From positions 3,366 to 67,365 of the forward strand of contig SHVZ01000002.1 of the NCBI GenBank assembly GCA_009694025.1: a stretch of 64,000 bases of DNA. Direction: 5' to 3'. A model generated the notes under the pieces. That model did not search any database and was not told the origin of the DNA. It saw only the letters and a program-made list of their open reading frames with translations. The position numbers were made by a program, and so were the translations under genes. The stretch is from Alphaproteobacteria bacterium (GTDB taxonomy: Bacteria; Pseudomonadota; Alphaproteobacteria; SHVZ01). Below, one piece after another: positions 18,529 to 26,451 of the stretch (the first letter of the stretch is position 1; every line of letters begins with the position of its first letter).

Positions 18529-18650
18529 ATACGTCTCCAGGAGAACGGCCGGGTTATAACCAAGGCTTCCGCCTGGGTCGAGCGTGGGGGCTGGTATCCG
18601 GGGGCGGAACCCCCTACATAATAGATCTTCGTCCTCTAGGGAGGTGACTC

Positions 18651-19622
18651 ATGTGGTTCAAGAAGGGCGTCCTGGCGACAGCCCTCTTCTGTGCGGCGCT
18701 GGCGCTGGCGCCCGCTCTCGCGGAGGCCGCTGCCGGTTCCCGCACGAGCCAGGGCAGCCGCGGCTCGCGCACCTATCAGCCCAACCAGGCCCAGCCGCTG
18801 GAGCGTTCGACGACGGCGCCGCAGCGTCAGGCCCCGGCGGCGGCCCAGCCACAGGCGCCGCAGACAGCGCCCGGCATGGCTCCGGGCCTTCAGCAGCGGC
18901 CGTCGTTCGGCATGGGCAGCCCGATAGTGACCGGGATCATGGCCGGCCTCGCCGGCTCGTTCATCGGCAACATGCTGTTTGGAAACCAGGCCGCGGCCCA
19001 GACCGCCCAGAATCCGGAAGCGTCGCCGACCGGCACCTTCCTTGGCGGAATGCTGCCGTACCTGCTGATCGGCGGGATCGGGCTCCTTGCCTTCTTGTTC
19101 TTCCGCCGCCGCAGCCAGGACGCGATGTCGCCGGCGGCGTTGGCCCGGGGTCCCGTGGACCTCTCCGGCCTCCGGGGCGGTTCGGGCGGCGGCTACGGCG
19201 GCGCCCTGCCGACCTCCGACGTCAGCATCGGACAGGCGGATCAGGAAACCTTCGGCCGGCTTCTGGTCGAGATCCAGTCGGCCTGGGGCCGAGGCGACGC
19301 CGAGGCGCTGAAGCCCCTCCTCACCGAGGAGATGGCGACCTACTTCGCCGGTCAGCTCGCCGAGATCAAGGGCCGCGGGCTGATCAACAAGATCGAGGAC
19401 GTGACGCTGTTGATGGGCGAGGGCAGCGAAGCATGGTCCGAGAACGGCGCCGACTACGCCACCGCCCGTCTCCGCTGGTCGGCGCGCGACTACTCGGTCA
19501 ACGCCGCGAGCGGCCAGGTGGTCGAAGGCGACAAGGACCGGCCGGTCGAGACGGAGGAGGCCTGGACCTTCGTCCGTACCGCGGGCGACCCCTGGCGCCT
19601 GTCAGCGATCCAACAGGTCTGA
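18651..19622 (+). CDS. Tim44-like domain protein with signal peptide and low-complexity linker
   Basis: A GGGAGG RBS is present. An N-terminal signal is followed by a Q/A/P-rich region, one TM segment and a C-terminal Tim44-like module (FGRLLVEIQSAW..GDAEALKPLLTEEM..WTFVR). Confidence 0.75.
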   Translation: MWFKKGVLATALFCAALALAPALAEAAAGSRTSQGSRGSRTYQPNQAQPLERSTTAPQRQAPAAAQPQAPQTAPGMAPGLQQRPSFGMGSPIVTGIMAGLAGSFIGNMLFGNQAAAQTAQNPEASPTGTFLGGMLPYLLIGGIGLLAFLFFRRRSQDAMSPAALARGPVDLSGLRGGSGGGYGGALPTSDVSIGQADQETFGRLLVEIQSAWGRGDAEALKPLLTEEMATYFAGQLAEIKGRGLINKIEDVTLLMGEGSEAWSENGADYATARLRWSARDYSVNAASGQVVEGDKDRPVETEEAWTFVRTAGDPWRLSAIQQV

Positions 19623-19642
19623 GTTAGCCGGTCGGAAAGACG

Positions 19643-19679
19643 AAGGGGCGGGTCGAAAGACCCGCCCCTTCCGTTTTCC
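19643..19679. terminator. bidirectional Rho-independent terminator between convergent genes
   Basis: A perfect 12-bp stem (AAGGGGCGGGTC / GACCCGCCCCTT) has a GAAA loop. T-rich tracts flank it on both strands. Confidence 0.6.
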
Positions 19680-19682
19680 GGG

Positions 19683-20333
19683 TCAGGCAGCCTTGTCGAG
19701 GCTCGCCTGGGCATCGGCCTCGCGCGCCAGCGCCCGCTTCACGCTCGGCCGTTCGGCCATCCGCGCCGCATGTTTGGCGTAGTTCGGATAGCCGCCGACG
19801 TCGATCTTGAGGAAGCCCGCCCAGCGCCAGAAGACGTAGAGGTAGGCGTCGACGATCGACCACTGGCCGAGCGCCCAGCCCTTGCCCGCGAGCAGCTTGT
19901 CGACCATGGCGAAGTTCTTCGCGGTGTCCTCGCCGGCGAGCCTGGTCACGCTTGCGGCGCTGTCCGGAAGATCGCAGAGCCGCTGGGGGCCGAAGAAGGC
20001 GCCGATGCGCGGATGGACGCCCGAGCTGCACCAGGCCAGCAGCGACAGCGCCTGGGCCTCCGCCTCGGGATCGCCCGAGGGCAGCAGCTTGGCGTTCGGG
20101 AAGGTCTTGGCGAGGTAGGAGGCGATGGCGACGTTCTCGGTCAGCGGCCGGCCGTCGATCAGCAGGACCGGCACCTTGCCCTTGGGGTTGAGCGCCAGGT
20201 ACTCGGGCGTCCGCTGGTCACCTTTCTTCAGCGCGATCGGCTTCGCCTCGAAGGTCGCGCCGGCCTCCTCCAGCGTGATGTGCGGCACGAGCGAGCAGGC
20301 GCCCGGCGAGAAGTAGAGCGTGAGCTTCGGCAT
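19683..20333 (-). CDS. glutathione S-transferase
   Basis: MPKLTLYFSPGACSLVPHITLEE..NPKGKVPVL is the N-terminal thioredoxin-like GST fold. The protein is 216 aa. Confidence 0.9.
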   Translation of the reverse strand: MPKLTLYFSPGACSLVPHITLEEAGATFEAKPIALKKGDQRTPEYLALNPKGKVPVLLIDGRPLTENVAIASYLAKTFPNAKLLPSGDPEAEAQALSLLAWCSSGVHPRIGAFFGPQRLCDLPDSAASVTRLAGEDTAKNFAMVDKLLAGKGWALGQWSIVDAYLYVFWRWAGFLKIDVGGYPNYAKHAARMAERPSVKRALAREADAQASLDKAA

Positions 20334-20448
20334 GTCGGTTGTCTCTCCACAGGGATCGTCGGACGCGGGTCGCGGCGACGGGTGCCAGGATTAGCCGGAC
20401 ATCGGTAACTTAATGCAAGTAGCCACCTAAAAGTTCTATACTTACCAA

Positions 20449-20886
20449 ATGGAAACCATGGATTCGACCGGCGCCCCCGGCCGCTCGGCCGCCGAGCGCC
20501 ATGCCTATGACGGCACGACCTGTCGGATCCTGATCGGCCGGGTGCTCGACCTCATCGCCAACAAATGGTCGGTGCCGATCATCCTCGCCCTCGGCCGCGC
20601 CGGGCGGCCGATGCGGTTCACCGAGCTCGGGCGCGCGATCCCGACCATCACTCAGAAGGAGCTGACCAAGCAGCTCCGCGAGCTCGAGTCGGTCGGTCTG
20701 GTCGGCCGCCGTGTGCACGCGGTGGTGCCGCCGAAGGTCGAATACTGGCTGACCAAGACGGGGGCCTCGCTCCAGCCGGTCCTGGACACGCTGGCGGCCT
20801 GGGCGGCGGAGAACGGGGCGACGCTGGCTCAGGCCCGCTCGTCTAGCGCCGCCGCTGCCGGCAAGGCGCCCTTAGGCGTGCCGTAG
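20449..20886 (+). CDS. HxlR-family winged-helix transcriptional regulator
   Basis: CRILIGRVLDLIANKWSVPIILAL..RFTEL..ITQKELTKQLRELESVGLV is the HxlR signature. It is divergent from the GST gene across an AT-rich spacer. Confidence 0.85.
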   Translation: METMDSTGAPGRSAAERHAYDGTTCRILIGRVLDLIANKWSVPIILALGRAGRPMRFTELGRAIPTITQKELTKQLRELESVGLVGRRVHAVVPPKVEYWLTKTGASLQPVLDTLAAWAAENGATLAQARSSSAAAAGKAPLGVP

Positions 20887-21795
20887 GTACTGCTGGACCC
20901 AGTCGTAGTTCACGAACTTGACATAGGCATCCATCAGCTTCTTCGTCACCGGCCCTGGGACCGCCGTCTCCGCCATGCGGTTGCCGTTGATCGAGCGGAC
21001 CGGGCAGATGCAGAAGCTGGTCGAGGTGATGAACGCCTCGTCGGAGACATAGGCGTCGAACAGGTCGATATCGCCTTCCACCAGCCTGATGCCGAGCTGG
21101 CTCGCCATGTCCATCGCCGTCTGGCGGCTGACGCCCGGCAGCACGTAGCGCTCGGACGGCGTATAGACGACGCCGTCGCGGACGATGAAGATGTTGGAGC
21201 CGATGCCCTCGGCGAGGTTGCCGTTCTCGTCCAGCAGCACCGCCCAGGCGTTGGGGTTGGTCGCCTTCGCCTCGTGCTCGCCGATGATCATGTTGAGGTA
21301 GTTGTGGGTCTTGGCCCTCGGGCTCAGCATGCTGGGGGCGACGCGCCGGACCGAGGGCACGACCACGTCGAGGCCGTCGCGGTAGTAGGCCGCCCGCGCC
21401 TTCAGCGGCAGCGGCGTGCACTCGATGACCACGGTCGGGCCGGTCTGGATCGGGACCTCGCCGGAGACGTTGTCGACGCCCCGGCTGACCCGCTGGCCCA
21501 GCCAATAGTCGTCGTGCTTGTCCAGCAGATGGAGGTTGCGGGCCAGCACTTCCTCGCTCTTCTCGATCATCTCCTTCGGGCTCATGCCCGGATCGATGCG
21601 GACGTAGCGGAGCGAGCGGTAGAAGCGGTCGATGTGCTCCTTCAGCTTGAACACCCGATGGCCGAAGGTGCGGGTCATGTCGAAGACGGCGTCGCCGTAT
21701 TTGTATCCGCGGTCGCGGAACGACACGCGGACTTCGCTCTCCGGCAGGATCTGGCCGTTGAGATAGGCGAGGCGCTGGTTGGCGAGGGTCGTCAT
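20872..21795 (-). CDS. class IV (branched-chain / D-amino-acid type) aminotransferase
   Basis: The start is at MTTLANQRLAYLNG (ATG 21795). The fold-type IV pattern is FRDRGYKYGDAVFD, ..KTHNYLN.., NIFIVRDGVVYTP. The rest of the 729-aa track ORF is Arg/Pro-rich and overlaps another gene. Confidence 0.85.
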   Translation of the reverse strand: MTTLANQRLAYLNGQILPESEVRVSFRDRGYKYGDAVFDMTRTFGHRVFKLKEHIDRFYRSLRYVRIDPGMSPKEMIEKSEEVLARNLHLLDKHDDYWLGQRVSRGVDNVSGEVPIQTGPTVVIECTPLPLKARAAYYRDGLDVVVPSVRRVAPSMLSPRAKTHNYLNMIIGEHEAKATNPNAWAVLLDENGNLAEGIGSNIFIVRDGVVYTPSERYVLPGVSRQTAMDMASQLGIRLVEGDIDLFDAYVSDEAFITSTSFCICPVRSINGNRMAETAVPGPVTKKLMDAYVKFVNYDWVQQYLRHA

Positions 21796-21821
21796 GGCGG
21801 GGTCCTTGCAGGCTCGAGTGG

Positions 21822-22526
21822 TCAGAAGCGGAGATCGTCGGGGCGCTGGGCGATCTCGCGGATCAGCTTCGAGAGGATCGCCTCGGCGAAGGCCGCGAAG
21901 CCGCGCGCCACCACCGAGAAGGCGCCGGGACCGCCGATCACGTCGGTCTCGTAGTAGATGTCGAGATTGGCGTCGGCGGGAAAGCCGAAGGTCGGCCGGT
22001 CGTTGATGATCGGCAGCCCGTTGATGGTGATGCCTCTGGCGACCGCCTCGTTCCGCGCGAGATGCGCCGGCCGGCCGTCGTTGTTGCGGCCGTCGCCGGA
22101 GATGTCGATCACCAGGCGTTCGCCCTCGTAGCCGCCGCGGCCGAACAGCTTCATCGAATAGTCGATGGCGCCGGAGATCGAGGTCCGGCTGTGGGATTGG
22201 ATCGGCATCTCGGCGAGCCGTCCGGCGAAGGCGCGGGCGGTGGCGACGTCCTTGATCAGCGTCCAGTCGATCGTCGTGTACTGCAGGCTGGCGCTCGCCC
22301 ACTCGACGTAGCAGACGGCGATTCGGCCGTGATTGCCCGAGCGGATCGCCTGGATCACGCGGTCGTCGGTGAGCGCCCGGACATAGCCCTCGCGCTGCAG
22401 GCGCGCCTCGTCCGCATCGATCGAGCGCGAGACGTCGACGGCGATCACCAGCTCGATATCCACGGGGAGCGCTGCGGCCGGAGATGCCGCAAGCAGGAGG
22501 GCGAGAAACGCCAGTGTCCGCCGCAT
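21822..22526 (-). CDS. DUF1194 (vWA-like) exported protein, paralog 1
   Basis: Signal peptide, then LVIAVDVSRSID..LQREGY..YVEWAS..ISGDGRNN..GITINGLPI, the characteristic DUF1194 layout. Confidence 0.8.
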   Translation of the reverse strand: MRRTLAFLALLLAASPAAALPVDIELVIAVDVSRSIDADEARLQREGYVRALTDDRVIQAIRSGNHGRIAVCYVEWASASLQYTTIDWTLIKDVATARAFAGRLAEMPIQSHSRTSISGAIDYSMKLFGRGGYEGERLVIDISGDGRNNDGRPAHLARNEAVARGITINGLPIINDRPTFGFPADANLDIYYETDVIGGPGAFSVVARGFAAFAEAILSKLIREIAQRPDDLRF

Positions 22527-22577
22527 GGGAGAAACCTAGCGCACGCGCATGGGGGCTGTCATGCTGGGAGCGACGAT

Positions 22578-23027
22578 ATGAAACGCCGGGAGACGACGGT
22601 GCCGGGGAAACCCAAGGCCCAGAGTGAGGAAACCGGTCCGGTGCTGACCGCCAACCGGGCCTTCTACAGCGCGTTCCGTACCCGTGACGTGGGCGCGATG
22701 GAGCGCCTATGGGCGGAGGCGGTCGGCCTCGTCTGCGTGCACCCCGGGTGGGAGGCGCTGACCCGTCGGGCGGAGATCCTGGAAAGCTGGCGCGGCATCC
22801 TGGAAAGCCCGGACACGCCGCCGATCCGCTGCCGTGACGAGAGCGTGCGCTTCGTCGGCGAGACCGCCGTCGTCGTCTGCACCGAGATGATCGGCGAGCG
22901 GGCGCTGGTCGCGACCAACATCTTCGTCCGCGAGGATGGGACGTGGCGGATCGCCCTCCACCACGCGACCCCGACCGCGCGCGTGCCGGCCTCGCGGAGG
23001 GCCGAGGCGCCGAAGACGCTGCATTGA
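22578..23027 (+). CDS. NTF2-like (SnoaL/DUF4440) protein
   Basis: The start is at MKRRETT (ATG 22578). ANRAFYSAFRTRDVGAMERLWA .. NIFVREDGTWRIALHHATP is typical of NTF2-fold proteins. Confidence 0.7.
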   Translation: MKRRETTVPGKPKAQSEETGPVLTANRAFYSAFRTRDVGAMERLWAEAVGLVCVHPGWEALTRRAEILESWRGILESPDTPPIRCRDESVRFVGETAVVVCTEMIGERALVATNIFVREDGTWRIALHHATPTARVPASRRAEAPKTLH

Positions 23028-23084
23028 CCTTTGGCCCGTCCTTCGGGCACAAGTTTCCCATCCGAAATCGACGGACTTCCTCAA

Positions 23085-24128
23085 ATGCTCCCGGTCAACC
23101 TGTACTCCGACAACGTCGCCCCGGCGGCGCCCGAGATCATGGCCGCGCTCGCCCGGGTCGACGTCGGCCCGGCGCAGCCTTACGGCCAGGATCCTGAAAG
23201 CAAGGCGCTGAAGGCGGCGCTCTCCGACCTGTTCGGCACCGAGGTCTGGGTTTTCCCGGTCTCGACCGGCACCGCGGCCAACGCCATTGGCCTCTCGGCG
23301 ATGACGCCGCCCTTCGGCGCCATCTACTGCTCGGAAACCGCGCACATCGAGACCAGCGAGTGCGGGGCGGCCGAGCTGTTCACCGGCGGCGCCAAGCTCC
23401 AGCTCGTGCGTGCCCGCTCGGGCAAGATGGATGTCGACGCCCTCGACGAGGCGATCCGAAAGGCCGGCAAGGGCCTCGCTCACCGGGCCCAGCCGGCGAC
23501 GGTCAACCTGACCATCGCGACCGAGCGCGGAACCGTCTACCCGCTGAAGGACCTCGAGCGCATCGCCGAGGTCACCAAGCGCCACGGGCTCAGGTTCCAC
23601 ATGGACGGCGCCCGCATGGCCAACGCGCTGGCGGCTCTCGGGGCCTCGGCCGCCGACGTGACGACGCGGATCGGGGTCGACGTGCTCTCGTTCGGGGCGA
23701 CCAAGAACGGCGCGCTCAACGCCGAGGCGATCGTCGCCTTCCGCAAGGATATCGCCGAGGAGCTGCGCTACCGCGTCCGGCGCGCGGGCCAGGTGTGGTC
23801 GAAGATGCGCTACGCCTCGGCCCAGCTCCGCGCCTATGTCGAGGGCGGCCTCTGGCTGAGGCTCGCAACCCAGGCCAATGCCGCGGGCAAGCGCCTTTCG
23901 CAAGGCCTGGTCCAGGTCCCGGACGTGCGCATGCTCGAGCCGGTCGAGATCAACCAGCTCTTCGTCGAGATGCCCGAGCGGGTGATCGCCGGGCTCGAAT
24001 CCGACGGCATCGGGCTCGGCCGGCGCGATGGCGGCGTCCGCATGGTCACCGCCTGGTGCTCGACCAACGCCGAGATCGACCATGTGGTCGCTCGTGCCAA
24101 GGTGCACGGCGCCCGCGCCGCCGCCTGA
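23085..24128 (+). CDS. ltaE: low-specificity threonine aldolase / beta-eliminating lyase family (PLP)
   Basis: The start is at MLPVNLYSDN (ATG 23085). GTAANAIGL and SFGATKNGALNAEA (PLP-Lys context) match threonine aldolases. Confidence 0.8.
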   Translation: MLPVNLYSDNVAPAAPEIMAALARVDVGPAQPYGQDPESKALKAALSDLFGTEVWVFPVSTGTAANAIGLSAMTPPFGAIYCSETAHIETSECGAAELFTGGAKLQLVRARSGKMDVDALDEAIRKAGKGLAHRAQPATVNLTIATERGTVYPLKDLERIAEVTKRHGLRFHMDGARMANALAALGASAADVTTRIGVDVLSFGATKNGALNAEAIVAFRKDIAEELRYRVRRAGQVWSKMRYASAQLRAYVEGGLWLRLATQANAAGKRLSQGLVQVPDVRMLEPVEINQLFVEMPERVIAGLESDGIGLGRRDGGVRMVTAWCSTNAEIDHVVARAKVHGARAAA

Positions 24129-24165
24129 CGTTCCACTTTCCAAAGTCCCAGGAGACTTCCCGATC

Positions 24166-25182
24166 ATGGCCAAGAGCAAGGGACAACGGTCCCGCATCTC
24201 GACCGACGTCGACTTCAATGCCGACGGCAAGCAGGTGGGCTACCTCCGGCTGCCCCATTCGGTTCACCGCTCGGCCTATGGCTACCTCGCGATTCCCATC
24301 GCCGTGATCAAGAACGGCAAGGGCCCGACTTTGCTTTCCATGTCCGGCAACCACGGCGACGAATACGAGGGGCAGATCGCCAACTCGAAGCTCATCCGCG
24401 GCCTCGATCCCAAGGACGTGCGCGGCCGCGTCATCGTGCTGCCGATGGCGAATTTCCCGGCGGCCCATGCCGGCATGCGCACCTCGCCGATCGACCAGGG
24501 CAACCTCAACCGCACCTTTCCGGGCGATCCGAACGGCACGCCGACCTGGATGATCTCCCACTACATCGAGACCGAGCTGATGCCGCTGGCTGACGTCGTG
24601 CTCGACCTGCATTCCGGCGGCTCCAGCCTCAACTACATCCCGAGCGCGCTCGCCCGCATCACCGGCGAGAAGAAGCGCGACGCCAGGACGATGGAGCTGC
24701 TCGACGCCTTCGCCGCGCCGATCAGCTATCTCGCCGCCGGCATGGGCGAGAACCGGACGAGCACGGCGGCGGCCGAGCGGACGGGAAGGATGATCATCGG
24801 AACCGAGCTCGGCGGCTGCGGCACCGTGTCGATCGAGGGCGCCCGGGTCGCCGTGAACGGCGTCCGCGGGATCCTCGAGCACATGGGCATCGTCAAGGAG
24901 ACGGATGTCCTCAGGAAGCGAGCGAAAACCCGCGTCATGGAAGTGAAGGACGCGAGCTACTACGTCTACGCGCCGCAGCCCGGCCTGTTCGAGCCTTTCG
25001 TCAAGCTCGGCGCCACGGTGAAGAAGGGGCAGCCTGCGGGCGCCGTCCACTTCATGGACGATCCGGGCCGCCAGCCGGTCCAGGCAACCTTCAATGCCGC
25101 CGGCGTCGTCATCTGCGAGCGCATCCCGGGCAAGGTCGAACGCGGCGACTGCCTCTTCCACCTGGCGACGGATGTGAAGTAG
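24166..25182 (+). CDS. succinylglutamate desuccinylase/aspartoacylase family zinc hydrolase (DoeB-like deacylase)
   Basis: The start is at MAKSKGQRS (ATG 24166). SGNHGDEYEGQ and DLHSGG are the AstE/AspA-family metal-binding motifs. Confidence 0.8.
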   Translation: MAKSKGQRSRISTDVDFNADGKQVGYLRLPHSVHRSAYGYLAIPIAVIKNGKGPTLLSMSGNHGDEYEGQIANSKLIRGLDPKDVRGRVIVLPMANFPAAHAGMRTSPIDQGNLNRTFPGDPNGTPTWMISHYIETELMPLADVVLDLHSGGSSLNYIPSALARITGEKKRDARTMELLDAFAAPISYLAAGMGENRTSTAAAERTGRMIIGTELGGCGTVSIEGARVAVNGVRGILEHMGIVKETDVLRKRAKTRVMEVKDASYYVYAPQPGLFEPFVKLGATVKKGQPAGAVHFMDDPGRQPVQATFNAAGVVICERIPGKVERGDCLFHLATDVK

Positions 25183-25185
25183 CCG

Positions 25186-25908
25186 CTAACGCAGCTCGGC
25201 CAGGTCGCTTGGCATCGACGGGGCGGCGGCGATCTCGCGGATCAGCTTGGCGAGGATCGCGGTCTGGAACGAGGTGAAGTCCTCGGCGACGATCAGGAAC
25301 GATCCGGGTCCGCCGATGACGTTCTGCAAGTAGTACTCGTCGAGGTTCGGCTCGGCCGGCAGCCACGGGCTCGGCCGTTCGTTGACGATGGGAAGGCCGT
25401 TGATGGTGATGCCGAGCTTGAGCGCGTCGTCGCGCGCCTCGGCCACCGGCCGGCCGGAATTGTTGGAGCCGTCGCCGGATACGTCGATGACCAGGCGCTC
25501 GCTCTCGAACGGGCTGAGCTCGAACAGGCGCACGGCGTAGTCGATCGCCCCTGAGATCGAGGTCCAGCCGGCGAAGCTGCGGGGCGCCGAGACGATCGCC
25601 TCGGCGAACAGCGCGGCGCTTTCGCCGTCGCTGATCTTCGTCCACTTCACCACCTGCCTCTGCAGGTGCGCGTTCGACCACTCCATGTAGGTCACGCCGA
25701 TGGCCCGATGCCCGCCGGAGAGGATCGAGGCCAGCACCCGTGGATCCTTGAGCGCGTCGGCGTAGCCTTCGCGCTGCATGCGGAACTCCTCGTCGTCGAC
25801 CGACCGCGAGATGTCGACGGCGAGGACGAGTTGCAGGTCGACCGGCTCGGCCGCCGCCACGCCGACCGACAGCAGTCCGCCGACGAAAAGGCGGAGGAGG
25901 CAGCGCAT
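25186..25908 (-). CDS. DUF1194 (vWA-like) exported protein, paralog 2
   Basis: The start is at MRCLLRLFVGG (ATG 25908). LVLAVDISRSVD..MQREGY..YMEWSN..VSGDGSNN..GITINGLPI. By eye it is about half identical to the copy at 21822..22526. Confidence 0.8.
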   Translation of the reverse strand: MRCLLRLFVGGLLSVGVAAAEPVDLQLVLAVDISRSVDDEEFRMQREGYADALKDPRVLASILSGGHRAIGVTYMEWSNAHLQRQVVKWTKISDGESAALFAEAIVSAPRSFAGWTSISGAIDYAVRLFELSPFESERLVIDVSGDGSNNSGRPVAEARDDALKLGITINGLPIVNERPSPWLPAEPNLDEYYLQNVIGGPGSFLIVAEDFTSFQTAILAKLIREIAAAPSMPSDLAELR

Positions 25909-25918
25909 CTTCGGGCGC

Positions 25919-26374
25919 CTAAGCCTCGTCGTCCGGCTCGGCCAGCATGCAGCCGTTGACGCGCCAGGTGCCGTCGGCCTGGCGCTCCATGACGTAGAGG
26001 GCCAGCACCTGGCTGCCATCGGGGCCGGTGACGTAGACCTTCTGGATCAGCGTCGCATCGACGTCGACGAGGTCGCCGAAGCGCACCGAGCGCGGCCGGT
26101 AGACCGGCTGATAGCCTTTGCGCACCATCGCCATGAAGCTGTCGGCGGTGCGGAAGAGGCCGCGGATATGGGGCGAGGCGTAGCCGAAGGCGCGCTCGCC
26201 GTCGTCGGACTGGAAAGCGCCGAGCTGCGCCTCGATCACCGAGCGGATCGCCCGCTTCTCAGGGGTCGGGAGGTTGGATTGGTTCTGAGCGAGGGCCGGC
26301 GCTACGGCCAGCACAGCCGCCAGAACCAGGAATCGGAACGCGCGACCGAGCACGGCCATCAGCGTCTCCCTCAA
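25919..26374 (-). CDS. DUF4864-like exported protein
   Basis: Signal peptide (the alternative start MAVLG is at 26359). IRSVIEAQLGAFQSDDGERAF..FMAMVRKGYQPVYRPRSV..RQADGTWRVNGC. It lies 10 bp upstream of DUF1194 paralog 2. Confidence 0.6.
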   Translation of the reverse strand: MRETLMAVLGRAFRFLVLAAVLAVAPALAQNQSNLPTPEKRAIRSVIEAQLGAFQSDDGERAFGYASPHIRGLFRTADSFMAMVRKGYQPVYRPRSVRFGDLVDVDATLIQKVYVTGPDGSQVLALYVMERQADGTWRVNGCMLAEPDDEA

Positions 26375-26451
26375 GCCAGCCCCTCAGTCCGAAATAGTGT
26401 CATTTCGCCGCAGGCGAGGCCAGCGCGAATCGCCTGGGCAACGACAGACCC

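Noticed and set aside
20404-20446. Imperfect inverted repeat GGTAACT ... ACTTACC in the AT-rich GST/HxlR divergent spacer, a possible HxlR operator.
   Set aside because: Only 6 of 7 positions match, the arms are 7 bp long and the gap is ~28 bp. That is too weak to call without comparative data.
20872-23061. The track ORF reads as one 729-aa protein. The same issue affects 6855..8729, 26452..28539, 34488..35840, 53870..55783, 57668..58975 and 57922..59319.
   Set aside because: Only the C-terminal part of each matches a protein family. The N-terminal extensions are Arg/Pro-rich and overlap neighbouring genes in other frames. Starts were moved to internal ATG/GTG codons, which often coincide with 4-nt start/stop overlaps.
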